Assembly (NCBI GenBank): GCA_025449905.1
Contig: JANWIN010000008.1
Span: 4,642-68,641, forward strand
Length of the DNA: 64,000 bases
Origin: Candidatus Saccharimonadales bacterium
GTDB taxonomy: Bacteria; Patescibacteriota; Saccharimonadia; Saccharimonadales; JANWIN01
Direction of reading: 5' to 3'
Under the pieces are notes generated by a model. It did not search any database. It saw only the letters and a list, made by a program, of their open reading frames with translations, and was not told the DNA's origin. A program made the position numbers and the translations under genes. Position 1 is the first letter of the stretch; each line of letters begins with the position of its first letter. This document shows positions 52,144 through 61,117 of the stretch, piece after piece.

Positions 52144-53094
52144 ATGGAGCAGGTAAATTTTCTCAATAATTCGGGAATGCTAAAGGTTTCCGGTGGGCAC
52201 CATCTTTACTGGGAAGATTGGGGTAACAAACAATCCAAAGTACCTATCTTTTATTTACACGGTGGTCCAGGTGAGGGTTTTAAGGCTAAAGATGGGCTAA
52301 TGTTTGATCCGAAGAATCAACGCATTATATTTTATGATCAGCGCGGATCCGGCAAGAGTAGGCCCTACGCCAGTCTAAAAAATAACACAACCCAGGATTT
52401 AGTAGACGATATAGATCGTATACGGAAACATTTAAACATCGGGGTTATACACTTAGCTGGCGGTTCTTGGGGATCAACTTTAGCTTTAAATTATGCAACC
52501 GCTAATCCCGAGGTTGTTCAGAAAATGTTGCTTTGGGGTATTTTTCTTGGACGAGAGGAAGATATTAACTATCTCTACCAAGGTGAGGGTCACAAGTTCA
52601 ACTTTCCTGACGTTTGGCAGAGATACGTTGACATGGTTCCGCAAATGGAACGCTCAAATATTGCGGCTTATTACACAAAACAACTGGAGCATAGAGATCC
52701 GGCAGTCCGACAGCGTTATGTCAACGAGTGGTTGCTTTATGAAAATTCGCTACTCGAGATTGACAGCAAAATCGAAAGAAAAATCCTAGAATCAGACCTA
52801 AAGGATGACCCCTACGCGCTAGCCTTCGCCAAACTTGAAGCTCACTATGGTGCAAATAAGTATTTCATGTCTGAAAACCATCTTCTAAAGAATGCTAAAG
52901 TTTTACGCCATATTCCCATCATCTTAGTTCACGGGCGATTCGATTTTGTCTGCCCCCTAAGCGGTGCCTTTGAATTACAAAAGGAAATTGGCGATAATTC
53001 ATATCTTCATATAGTTCCAGCAGGGCATGCCAGAAGTGATGCAGTCTATCGTGAGGTTGTAAAAGCCTACGCTCGCAGTTTTTTATTGAGCTGA
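52144..53094 (+). CDS. pip: proline iminopeptidase (alpha/beta hydrolase)
   Basis: HGGPG, GGSWGSTLAL nucleophile elbow, C-terminal GHA. Confidence 0.85.
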   Translation: MEQVNFLNNSGMLKVSGGHHLYWEDWGNKQSKVPIFYLHGGPGEGFKAKDGLMFDPKNQRIIFYDQRGSGKSRPYASLKNNTTQDLVDDIDRIRKHLNIGVIHLAGGSWGSTLALNYATANPEVVQKMLLWGIFLGREEDINYLYQGEGHKFNFPDVWQRYVDMVPQMERSNIAAYYTKQLEHRDPAVRQRYVNEWLLYENSLLEIDSKIERKILESDLKDDPYALAFAKLEAHYGANKYFMSENHLLKNAKVLRHIPIILVHGRFDFVCPLSGAFELQKEIGDNSYLHIVPAGHARSDAVYREVVKAYARSFLLS

Positions 53095-54065
53095 GTTCGT
53101 AGTTTAACCGGTAGTAACTTAGTTAGCTCTTTTTGATTACTCATCAGAACGGTCGAGGGCTGACTGGATTTGACGCTTAGTCGAATAAAATCGTTATAAG
53201 TAACTCGCATATGTTGTTCGTGAGCGTGTCGATTGAACTTCTTGCCACCTGCACGGCTTATATGCCAAACCGGCAAGTCAATTTGGACTCTGCAGTTATC
53301 CAGCTTTAGCTGCTGCAAGACGCTGTAAAGGTAAGTTCTGGTGCTAGCCGCGCGCAGTTGTTTAGCCTCAACTTCGGCAAGGCTAGATTTTTCGACCACA
53401 TTTAGATTATTAAAGTCGTGACCTAGATTTTTTTGATAATATTTTTTTAATATCTTAGGTCTAAAAGCTAACTGCCTGATAAGCGGTGCGGTTACACGGG
53501 TGGAAAATATCTCAGTTAACATTGCAAGTAGGGCTTTATGCGATTTAGACATAACCAAGTCTTCATGGTGGGTAAAGCCCTCAACGCTAACAACCAAATC
53601 AACCCTTGATGCTATTTCTGGATGATTTTGTAGCATTCGAGTCAGCGCAACGAAGCCGAAGCCCCAGCCGACAACCGTTAATCGCCGTCTTTTATAGCGC
53701 AGCTTAACAATAGCTGCCAAATAATCGGCAAAGTTATTTATAGTAGGTTTTTGACCAATTTTATAAAAACTATCCATGCCGCCAACACCTGGTAGGTCTG
53801 GCACCGTAACGGATCCGTATTTATTGAGTAAAATTGCAACTTGGTGAATTTGCTCCAGGCTGCCAGGCATGTCGTAAACAAGCAAAATATCTCGACTCTT
53901 AGTGCCCTTAGCTGGCAATCGTAGCATTCGGCCGCTCATGCCGTTGACGTTCAAGGGTACTATAAATTTAACCGGTATATTAGAGATATACTCGTTCATT
54001 TCTTTAAACTCTAAAGATAGATTACGATATCTTTGCAAAATCAGCAACATTCGCGTAAATAGCAT
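53067..54065 (-). CDS. alpha/beta-hydrolase-fold-like protein lacking the nucleophile serine
   Basis: LLVYDMPGS...VPDLPGVGGMD resembles an a/b-hydrolase N-terminus. The elbow reads GWGFG instead of GxSxG. Confidence 0.45.
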   Translation of the reverse strand: MLFTRMLLILQRYRNLSLEFKEMNEYISNIPVKFIVPLNVNGMSGRMLRLPAKGTKSRDILLVYDMPGSLEQIHQVAILLNKYGSVTVPDLPGVGGMDSFYKIGQKPTINNFADYLAAIVKLRYKRRRLTVVGWGFGFVALTRMLQNHPEIASRVDLVVSVEGFTHHEDLVMSKSHKALLAMLTEIFSTRVTAPLIRQLAFRPKILKKYYQKNLGHDFNNLNVVEKSSLAEVEAKQLRAASTRTYLYSVLQQLKLDNCRVQIDLPVWHISRAGGKKFNRHAHEQHMRVTYNDFIRLSVKSSQPSTVLMSNQKELTKLLPVKLRTQLNKKLRA

Positions 54066-54091
54066 AAGTTTAATGTTAGAGTATAGGGTAG

Positions 54092-54808
54092 GTGAAAAAG
54101 CACATTTTACTTGTACTGGCCGTTATCTTGGTTATCCTCGTTAGGCAGGTTGATTTTTTTAAGTTCAAAGATCATACTAATGGACCCAAAGTTTTTGATA
54201 AAACGACTCACTCTCTAAGTGACCCGGCAAGTCTCTGGATTATTGTTAATAAAAAGCGGCCACTTAACCCTCCTAATTACGAGCCAAACGATTTAACTAT
54301 GCCAAAAGTGCCTCTGCGCCGAGAGCCTAGTTCGGTCGAAATGAAGGTTAGGGCATCTGCTGCCAAAGCCATGGAAGAGCTATTTGATAGCGCTAAACAT
54401 GACGGCTTAAGCTTAGCTTTAGCCAGCGGCTACCGCTCTTATGATATGCAAAAAACAACGTACGATACTGAAGTTATTGGTTATGGTAAAAAGTTCGCTG
54501 ACACCGAAAGTGCTCGGCCAGGCTATAGCGAACATCAAACCGGCTGGGCGGCTGATGTTGGGCCTGAAAATGGCGAATGTGTGGTGCTGGACTGCTTTGC
54601 TAATACACCGGAGGGTAAGTGGTTAGCAATACACGCCTGGCAGCACGGTTTTGTAATTCGCTATCGGCAAAGCACTAAAGCTATTGTCGGTTATAAGTAC
54701 GAGCCTTGGCACATCAGGTACGTCGGTAAAGAACTAGCCAATGAGATTCACAAAACCAATCTGACATTAGAGCAATTTTTTGATTTACCAGCTGCACCCA
54801 ACTACTAA
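54092..54808 (+). CDS. VanY-type D-alanyl-D-alanine carboxypeptidase (M15B)
   Basis: SGYRSY, SEHQTGWAADV, EPWHIRYVG; N-terminal membrane anchor; GTG start. Confidence 0.88.
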   Translation: MKKHILLVLAVILVILVRQVDFFKFKDHTNGPKVFDKTTHSLSDPASLWIIVNKKRPLNPPNYEPNDLTMPKVPLRREPSSVEMKVRASAAKAMEELFDSAKHDGLSLALASGYRSYDMQKTTYDTEVIGYGKKFADTESARPGYSEHQTGWAADVGPENGECVVLDCFANTPEGKWLAIHAWQHGFVIRYRQSTKAIVGYKYEPWHIRYVGKELANEIHKTNLTLEQFFDLPAAPNY

Positions 54809-54810
54809 CG

Positions 54811-54884
54811 TGGCTTCGGGACTAGGATTCGAACCTAGATTGCCGGGACCAAAACCCGGTGTCCTACCATTAGACGATCCCGAA
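54811..54884 (-). tRNA. tRNA-Gln (anticodon UUG)
   Basis: The reverse complement folds as a cloverleaf: acceptor ttcggga/tcccgaa (U1-A72), anticodon loop TTTTGGT, CCA encoded. Confidence 0.8.
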
Positions 54885-54996
54885 ATACTCTAACTATTCT
54901 GCCAGATAATCATCAGCTAATCTACAGTGTGAAAATAATTACTGCGCGATAAGTCATAAAACTGTATGATTTGGACTGTTAAAAAGGAGTGTTTTT

Positions 54997-55152
54997 ATGG
55001 CTAAATATGGCGCAAAAGCTCAGCAGAAGGTTAAAAAGAATTTGCATGAGCATAAACATGAGGGTAAATTTCAAAGCCGCAAGCAAGCTATAGCGGCCGG
55101 CTTAAACCAAGCTCGGAAAGCCGGCGGCAAAGTTCCGGCCAATAAAAGCTAG
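54997..55152 (+). CDS. small basic protein (51 aa)
   Basis: Hand-translated as MAKYGAKAQQKVKKNLHEHKHEGKFQSRKQAIAAGLNQARKAGGKVPANKS; SD aaaggag. Resembles a widespread small-protein family by memory only. Confidence 0.55.
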   Translation: MAKYGAKAQQKVKKNLHEHKHEGKFQSRKQAIAAGLNQARKAGGKVPANKS

Positions 55153-55224
55153 TATTAACTTTTAGATTGACAAAAGTAAACGCACAGCTAATAATCAACC
55201 TTATAAATTAACGGAGGTTTTATT

Positions 55225-55632
55225 ATGGCAACAACTAAAGAACCGACCGGCTGGATTGGCTGGGTTGGTTTTGCAAGTTTTATGCTACTGCTGGGCGGTA
55301 TGTTCGCACTACTCGCCGGCGTTGTAGCATTGTTCAAGGACACTACGGTCTATAACTCGGCAACCAACAATGCCTTTATTTTGAGTTATGACCAGTGGGG
55401 CTGGGCGCACATCCTAATCGGCTTATTGGCTGTTTGGGCTGGTTCGTCACTGATGCGAGGTGGTATGTACGGTAGAATTATTGCTGTTTTGGTAGCGTTG
55501 GTAAGTGCCGTGGTTAATGTGGCATTCATTCCTGTCTATCCAATCTGGGCAACAATCATCGTCGTAGTAGATGTACTTGTGATTTTTGCGGTGACGGTTC
55601 ATGGTAGGGAAATGAAGGGCTTAAGCGAATAA
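55225..55632 (+). CDS. integral membrane protein (135 aa, 4 TM)
   Basis: ORF track; SD acggagg; hydrophobic profile. Confidence 0.6.
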   Translation: MATTKEPTGWIGWVGFASFMLLLGGMFALLAGVVALFKDTTVYNSATNNAFILSYDQWGWAHILIGLLAVWAGSSLMRGGMYGRIIAVLVALVSAVVNVAFIPVYPIWATIIVVVDVLVIFAVTVHGREMKGLSE

Positions 55633-55697
55633 TAGCTTTTCAACTATAAACAAAATGGGTCCAGAGAAATCCGGACCTATTTTAATTTTAACGAGGT

Positions 55698-57470
55698 TTA
55701 ATTCCAGCGAACGTCGTCGATGTAAGCCAAAATACCAGCGTTAGCACTGTTTATTATCTGTAGACTAGCCGATTTAACGTTAGCTGAACTGGCTACGTAT
55801 TTAACCACCACGTTGCCTTTGCCAACAGCGTGAACAGTAGCCTTGTACTGGCCGGAAATCCACTGGCCATTGGCGTCATACTCATCAATGTAAAAACCTA
55901 CGCCGCTGCTAGTGGTAGTAACTTTTTTAGCATTAACGTAGGTAGAGATAGTGTATGTCTGGCCGTAATTTATGCCGATTTTAGAGGAAAACAGGTGCGT
56001 ACTTTTAGTTCCAGAGACAAACTTTACCGAGTTGACCGGGTTGGCCGGGCTGCCATTATTTAAACTATCAGCTGTAATATTGGCTGGACCATCGGTAGTC
56101 CAACCGCCGCTAATGCCAGCGTCAAAGCTGCCATTTGGTATAAAAGTCACTCCAGATGGAGGCGTTGGGGCGGTTGAATATAGCGGAAACCATTGGCTAT
56201 TGTCCAAGTAGGCGGTAATGCCCGAGTTGCCAGTCACGTAAACTTGTAAGCTAGCAGACTTAACATCATCGGAAGTCGGCTTATAGCTAAAGTTCATTTC
56301 CTCTACAAAGACGCTTTTTTCAGCGGCCTTGAATTGGCCGGATACCCAGTTGCCAAAACCGTCATATTCATCAATGTAAAAACCAACTTCGCCGCCAGAC
56401 AGCTGGGCAACATTTAAGAAGTTTTTAAGCATGTAGGTAGTATCAGGGTCTACTTCAACTTGTGGTGAGAACAAATGGCCGGTTTGCGAGTCAGCAGTCA
56501 GTTTAACCGCGTTGGCCGGGTCAGGATAACTGCCATTATTAGCACTGTCAGCAGTAATGCCGGTTGGGCTGTCGGTAGACCATCCATCCCCTAAGCCATT
56601 ATTAAAACTCGGGTTGGCTAACAGATTAACGTCACTGCGTACCAGTCCATCGTTGACTTTAACAACGTTAATATTCTTGGATTTAACATAAGCCGCCACT
56701 TGATCTAGATTGCCAGTGCTGTATTCATAATCGTCGGCTCTGGTACTGGCCTTGGTTTTAATGTCATGGAAAACTAAAACCAACCACTGATTGTTAGCGG
56801 CCGCGGCATCTACGTAGCCTTTGATAGTCGCCACGCTGGTTTGGCCGGAAACTGTCTGGACTTTCAGGAAGTAATCGCTATTGGGCCAGCTGTTATAGCC
56901 AACGTCGTTAAAACCGCGCTGGCTAGAGTAATACTTGGCAATTTCAGCTAGAATCTTTGGACTATAGTCGCCGTAAGGGGTAGAGAAGTTTGCGGCGTTG
57001 ATGCCGTGAGCGCTTAGCGCTGCTTTGCTTTGACTTAATTCATTGGTTACTTGATCAGGGGTTAAGACATTTGGCTGGCCTTCAGCCGGGTCACTTGTAG
57101 CTAACAACGGGTGACTGACGGTATGCGAGCCAATTTCCCAACCATAGCTATTTTGCAGTTGGGTTATTTGAGCCCAAGTCAGATAAGTCTTGTCTGAGTC
57201 AGCCTTACAGGCATTGCGGATTTTAGTCATGCCAACGCAGTTAGTGATAACGTAATCGGTGCCCACAAAGCCGTACTTAGCCAGGGTCGGTGCCGCCGTA
57301 GTTAAAGCGCTGGTGTAGCCATCATCAAAGGTAAAAGATACTTTAGCGGCTGGCACTGCATTGATAGTTAGGGCCGAAGCTCGCAAAGGAGTAGCAATCA
57401 ATAGAAGGCTCCAGACAGCGGCGACACTTAGGATAGACAGCTTGCGGGCTTTTTGGTTGTTTGGTTGCAT
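55698..57470 (-). CDS. secreted polysaccharide deacetylase (NodB domain) with two tandem CBM-like jelly-roll repeats
   Basis: Signal peptide from ATG 57470 (MQPNNQKARKLSILSVAAVWSLLLIA...); FTFDDGY and GSHTVSHP motifs. Two ~150-aa repeats share GFYIDEYD...W(V/I)SGQ(F/Y)KA...VKSASLQ. Confidence 0.82.
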   Translation of the reverse strand: MQPNNQKARKLSILSVAAVWSLLLIATPLRASALTINAVPAAKVSFTFDDGYTSALTTAAPTLAKYGFVGTDYVITNCVGMTKIRNACKADSDKTYLTWAQITQLQNSYGWEIGSHTVSHPLLATSDPAEGQPNVLTPDQVTNELSQSKAALSAHGINAANFSTPYGDYSPKILAEIAKYYSSQRGFNDVGYNSWPNSDYFLKVQTVSGQTSVATIKGYVDAAAANNQWLVLVFHDIKTKASTRADDYEYSTGNLDQVAAYVKSKNINVVKVNDGLVRSDVNLLANPSFNNGLGDGWSTDSPTGITADSANNGSYPDPANAVKLTADSQTGHLFSPQVEVDPDTTYMLKNFLNVAQLSGGEVGFYIDEYDGFGNWVSGQFKAAEKSVFVEEMNFSYKPTSDDVKSASLQVYVTGNSGITAYLDNSQWFPLYSTAPTPPSGVTFIPNGSFDAGISGGWTTDGPANITADSLNNGSPANPVNSVKFVSGTKSTHLFSSKIGINYGQTYTISTYVNAKKVTTTSSGVGFYIDEYDANGQWISGQYKATVHAVGKGNVVVKYVASSANVKSASLQIINSANAGILAYIDDVRWN

Positions 57471-57588
57471 AGTAGTAAGATTTTTCCTTAAAACCCCACG
57501 TTTATCGTTAGTATACAATACTTGTGCATTATTAGCAATACTATGACGCTTAGCTTTATTGGTCGCTGCGCAGGAGACGTTCATCAGC

Positions 57589-58860
57589 TTAAGCACCAAC
57601 CCTTATTGGCGATATCCACTTACCGCCGGCATCTGACTGCTGGGTTATATCTTTATAGTTAGATAAGCATTTAAAAACCGCTATTACCTGAATAACCGTC
57701 ATCACGTAAAACAGCGGGTAAAGTGCTGGCGTTAGCAAAGACAAGGCAATTTTTTCTTTAAAGCTGAAGTACTCATCACCCCAGATTGCGAACAGTAGGA
57801 CAATCATTACCACTGCGCAGGCACCGGTGTAAAAGGCTGGGTTTAGGTTAACAATAGCTAGGTAAAACAGAGCAATAATTAATAGCGGCTCGAGTATTAG
57901 TTGTATTTCGCCCCATAGCGCTAGCGGCAGTTTGAACCAGCTAAGCATTTTACTGTGCCGAGACTGAGTACTAAACACCAGCTTACGATTAAGATAGATG
58001 GCTTGCAGGGCGCCTAGTTTCCAGCGGTAACGTTGGCGAAGCAGATTCTTATAAGTCGGTGCCGGTTCGGTATAAACCACCACATCGCTGCCGTATAACA
58101 AGCGGTTTACTTTATTACCCAACCTGGTAATTGCTAGGCTAATGGCGATATCTTCGGTCTGCATACTGCGCAGGTAATGCTTAACCTGGTTAAATACTTC
58201 CTTTCGGTAAAATGCGCCGGCGCCGCCGATGATGTACTCACAGTTAGCGTCGGAATTTAGTTTTTTGCTTCTAAAGCCGATTAAAAAGTCGAACTTTTGC
58301 AATATACCAATCAGCGTATAGCTGGGTAAAATCCGGACATTAGAGGCTAGTGCGGCTGTTTTTTCGTCGCTGAAGTAACGCACGGCATTCTTTATGGCGT
58401 TTTTCTCAATCTTGCAGTCTGCATCAAGGGTCATAACCAACTCGCCAGCCGGGAAGCGCTGGATGCCGTAGTGCAGAGCCTCGCCCTTACCGCCGTTAGC
58501 GCGCCGGGTTATTAGTTTTATATCTTTACTGGGATGCGTTTTAATAAAACGTCTAACTATTTCGCTGGTTTTATCAGTTGAGCCATCATCAACCACCACT
58601 ATTTGATACTTTCGGTAGGAACTTTTAACAATGCTTGTCAAACACCTCTCAATAACCCGCTCTTCATTGTTAGCGGCAATTAAAATCTTTACCGTTGGGC
58701 GATAGGCAAAGTATTTACCGCTCGGGTGCTTTTTTTGCTTTTTAAGCCGGTGAGTAGCTCGAATATCATAGATGTTGGCAAATATTAAGATTAAAGCCAT
58801 GTAAGTCAGGCTAAGAAGGGCTAGGCTTATAAAAATGTAGGTCAAAATTTGATGAGTCAT
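57589..58860 (-). CDS. processive family-2 glycosyltransferase (PgaC/IcaA/NodC-like)
   Basis: VVVDDGSTD, TLDADC, QTEDIA, QRYRWKLG (QxxRW); TM segments at both ends. Confidence 0.85.
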   Translation of the reverse strand: MTHQILTYIFISLALLSLTYMALILIFANIYDIRATHRLKKQKKHPSGKYFAYRPTVKILIAANNEERVIERCLTSIVKSSYRKYQIVVVDDGSTDKTSEIVRRFIKTHPSKDIKLITRRANGGKGEALHYGIQRFPAGELVMTLDADCKIEKNAIKNAVRYFSDEKTAALASNVRILPSYTLIGILQKFDFLIGFRSKKLNSDANCEYIIGGAGAFYRKEVFNQVKHYLRSMQTEDIAISLAITRLGNKVNRLLYGSDVVVYTEPAPTYKNLLRQRYRWKLGALQAIYLNRKLVFSTQSRHSKMLSWFKLPLALWGEIQLILEPLLIIALFYLAIVNLNPAFYTGACAVVMIVLLFAIWGDEYFSFKEKIALSLLTPALYPLFYVMTVIQVIAVFKCLSNYKDITQQSDAGGKWISPIRVGA

Positions 58861-58863
58861 GGC

Positions 58864-59454
58864 TTAGCTCACCTTCAGCAATCTAAAGGTCATTATTCGA
58901 CGGTACTGGTAAAATGTGCCTTCACAAGTCATTAGCCGGATTTCCGGCTTTTCAGCCGCTAAACCAAGAATGTTAGTGTCGGTCGGGTTAGCGTAATTAT
59001 CGTGAACGTAGTAATACTCAAACAGCTTGCCATTTCGGCCTTTAATCAGTAGTTGATCACCTTCAACCAGCTTTTCAGTCTTCTTCAGTACATCAGCCCG
59101 GTTGTGACCATATATTAAAGTGTTACTTTTTTTACTACTCAGCGGCGTGGTTACGTCACTGGCGTAAAAGACGCTGTCATTAGACAACGTCCACAGCCGT
59201 GTGGTTGGATTATAATGGCCGTCCTGAACATCGAGGTTAATACCTAGACGCGGTAGGCTAATACTGGCTGGCAGAGCTGTCTGCGTAGGTTTGGCAGCCG
59301 GACTCTCTATTGTTTGGTTAATTCTAACGTCGTTGGTGGCAATAACTCTTTTTATTGATAGCGACTTATAAAAATAGGGAAAAGTAAAGGCCAGAAGTGT
59401 CAGGCCGTATAGCGGCATTATCTTTAAAACAAAGGTTTTACGTGAGGCTTCCAT
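58864..59454 (-). CDS. sortase
   Basis: N-terminal anchor, catalytic IYGHN, LMTCEG and a downstream Arg (YRRIMTF). Confidence 0.85.
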   Translation of the reverse strand: MEASRKTFVLKIMPLYGLTLLAFTFPYFYKSLSIKRVIATNDVRINQTIESPAAKPTQTALPASISLPRLGINLDVQDGHYNPTTRLWTLSNDSVFYASDVTTPLSSKKSNTLIYGHNRADVLKKTEKLVEGDQLLIKGRNGKLFEYYYVHDNYANPTDTNILGLAAEKPEIRLMTCEGTFYQYRRIMTFRLLKVS

Positions 59455-59524
59455 TTGCGTATCTAGTGTAAATAACAGCCCCTGAAGACTGTTATTTTAC
59501 GGTTAACTTTTAGCTAACTTCCAA

Positions 59525-59707
59525 TTATTTAGAAGTCATTTTGTAGACACGGCTAGCTGCGTGGGTAAGCAAGATTGCACCTATCGCAAACAAGCTGACA
59601 ATAGCGATTATTCCTAGGCTTCCATGTGTATCTGGAAGTAAGGCAACGCCACCGGCTACTGCTGCAGCTCCACCGCCGAATCCACCTACGGGTAAAGTAC
59701 CTGACAT
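59525..59707 (-). CDS. 60-aa mini-protein consisting essentially of a Gly/Ala-rich segment plus an LPxTG-type sorting signal
   Basis: MSGTLPVGGFGGGAAAVAGGVALLPDTHG-SLGIIAIVSLFAIGAILL-THAASRVYKMTSK: LPDTHG, then a hydrophobic helix, then a basic tail. Perfect SD aaggag 5 nt upstream; first gene of the sortase operon. Confidence 0.6.
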   Translation of the reverse strand: MSGTLPVGGFGGGAAAVAGGVALLPDTHGSLGIIAIVSLFAIGAILLTHAASRVYKMTSK

Positions 59708-59810
59708 TTTAACTCCTTAAGATTTAGTTCAAAAAATACTTTATAGGATTTTTGACGTTTAGTCAATTAGATTTTTGCAATTCAGCGATTATACCTCTAA
59801 TAATATAAAC

Positions 59811-59839
59811 TTGACATTTATAGTATTATTGTGTATAGT
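59811..59839 (+). promoter_or_regulatory. sigma70-like promoter of the collagen-like gene
   Basis: TTGACA (59811-16), 17-nt spacer, TATAGT (59834-39). Followed by a ~100-nt 5' UTR with hairpins GCCGAG...CTCGGC (59856-83) and GGCGG/ttg/CCGCC (59899-911). Confidence 0.5.
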
Positions 59840-59945
59840 GCTAATTCAAGGGTAAGCCGAGTTGTCTTATATAACCGCTCGGCATCAACATTAAATGCGG
59901 CGGTTGCCGCCTCTCGCAGAGAGTAAAGAAGGAGTTTTATTACTC

Positions 59946-61061
59946 ATGAAAGCAAAGCTTTTTAATCAAGATTTACTAACCAAGAGTTTATTGGTTGTTC
60001 TAGCCTTACTATTAGTATGGTTTGTAATGTTTTTATTCGACATGCCCAAGAAAACCAACGGTGTTGTTCTGGGCGAATCAGCCAGCGTAGTCAGTGGCAC
60101 ACAAGGTCCACAGGGGATCCCCGGTTTAGACGGTCTTCAAGGAGTACAGGGAATACAAGGTATTCAGGGCGTCGCTGGCGTTAACGGCCAAGACGGTAAA
60201 GATGGAAACGATGGCGCAACTGGCGCTCAAGGTGTTCAGGGAGTTCAAGGTGAAACTGGTGCTCAGGGCGCACAAGGTCCACAGGGTGACACTGGTCAAA
60301 CTGGTGCTCAGGGACCACAGGGTGTTCAAGGTGTAAAAGGTGACACCGGAGCAACCGGTGCGCAAGGTCCGCAGGGCGACACTGGTGCTACCGGCGCTCA
60401 AGGTCCTCAAGGTGATAAAGGTGATATTGGTTTAACCGGTCCTCAAGGTGTTCAGGGTGAAACCGGTCCACAGGGAATTCAAGGTCCTATCGGTTTAACC
60501 GGTGCACAAGGACCACAGGGAATTCAAGGTCCTCAGGGTGACACCGGTCTTCAAGGTCCAACTGGTCAAACCGGTGCTATTGGTCTTACTGGTCCTCAAG
60601 GTCCAGCCGGAATCCAAGGTCCTATTGGCTTAACTGGCCCAACTGGTGCTACTGGTGCGCAAGGTCCTATCGGCTTAACAGGTCCAACCGGTCCTGCCGG
60701 TGCTACTGGTGCGCAAGGTCCTATTGGTCTAACCGGTCCCCAGGGTCCAGCTGGTCCAGCTGGTGCTGCCGGAGCCAACGCTTCAGCTTCACTAGAAACT
60801 GTTACTGCCACCTCAGGTACCGCAACTGGTTCGCCAGAAACTGCTTCTGCAACAGTTAGCTGTACGGGTTCTAAAAAGATCCTAGGCGGTGGCTACTTAG
60901 TTAACGCTGGTGTCGCTTCAGCCTCTAACAACCCAGGTGAAGTTAGCGTTGTGGAAAACCGTGCCGCTAGCGCTACTAGCTGGATAGTTCGAGCCTTCAC
61001 TGATAACAGCGGTGACGTAGGTAGCTGGACAATTACGGCTTACGCAATTTGTAGCCTGTAA
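59946..61061 (+). CDS. membrane-anchored collagen-like (G-X-Y repeat) protein with 94-aa C-terminal globular domain
   Basis: About 75 uninterrupted G-X-Y triplets (nt 60096-60776). N-terminal anchor [17 protein letters not shown]. The alternative in-frame ATG 59895 lacks an SD. Confidence 0.85.
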   Translation: MKAKLFNQDLLTKSLLVVLALLLVWFVMFLFDMPKKTNGVVLGESASVVSGTQGPQGIPGLDGLQGVQGIQGIQGVAGVNGQDGKDGNDGATGAQGVQGVQGETGAQGAQGPQGDTGQTGAQGPQGVQGVKGDTGATGAQGPQGDTGATGAQGPQGDKGDIGLTGPQGVQGETGPQGIQGPIGLTGAQGPQGIQGPQGDTGLQGPTGQTGAIGLTGPQGPAGIQGPIGLTGPTGATGAQGPIGLTGPTGPAGATGAQGPIGLTGPQGPAGPAGAAGANASASLETVTATSGTATGSPETASATVSCTGSKKILGGGYLVNAGVASASNNPGEVSVVENRAASATSWIVRAFTDNSGDVGSWTITAYAICSL

Positions 61062-61117
61062 TCGAGCAGTTGCCCACAGGTTTACACACAGCTTTTACAC
61101 AAATTTTAAAAAAACAG

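Noticed and set aside
59895-59945. Upstream in-frame ATG for the collagen-like gene ([17 protein letters not shown]...)
   Set aside because: It has no SD and lies inside the GC-rich UTR hairpin. ATG 59946 gives a canonical signal-anchor N-terminus, though the longer form cannot be excluded.
60096-60776. Highly repetitive DNA considered as a CRISPR array or noncoding tandem repeat
   Set aside because: The periodicity is 9 nt (G-X-Y codon triplets) within one long ORF. There is no repeat-spacer architecture, so this is a collagen-like coding repeat.
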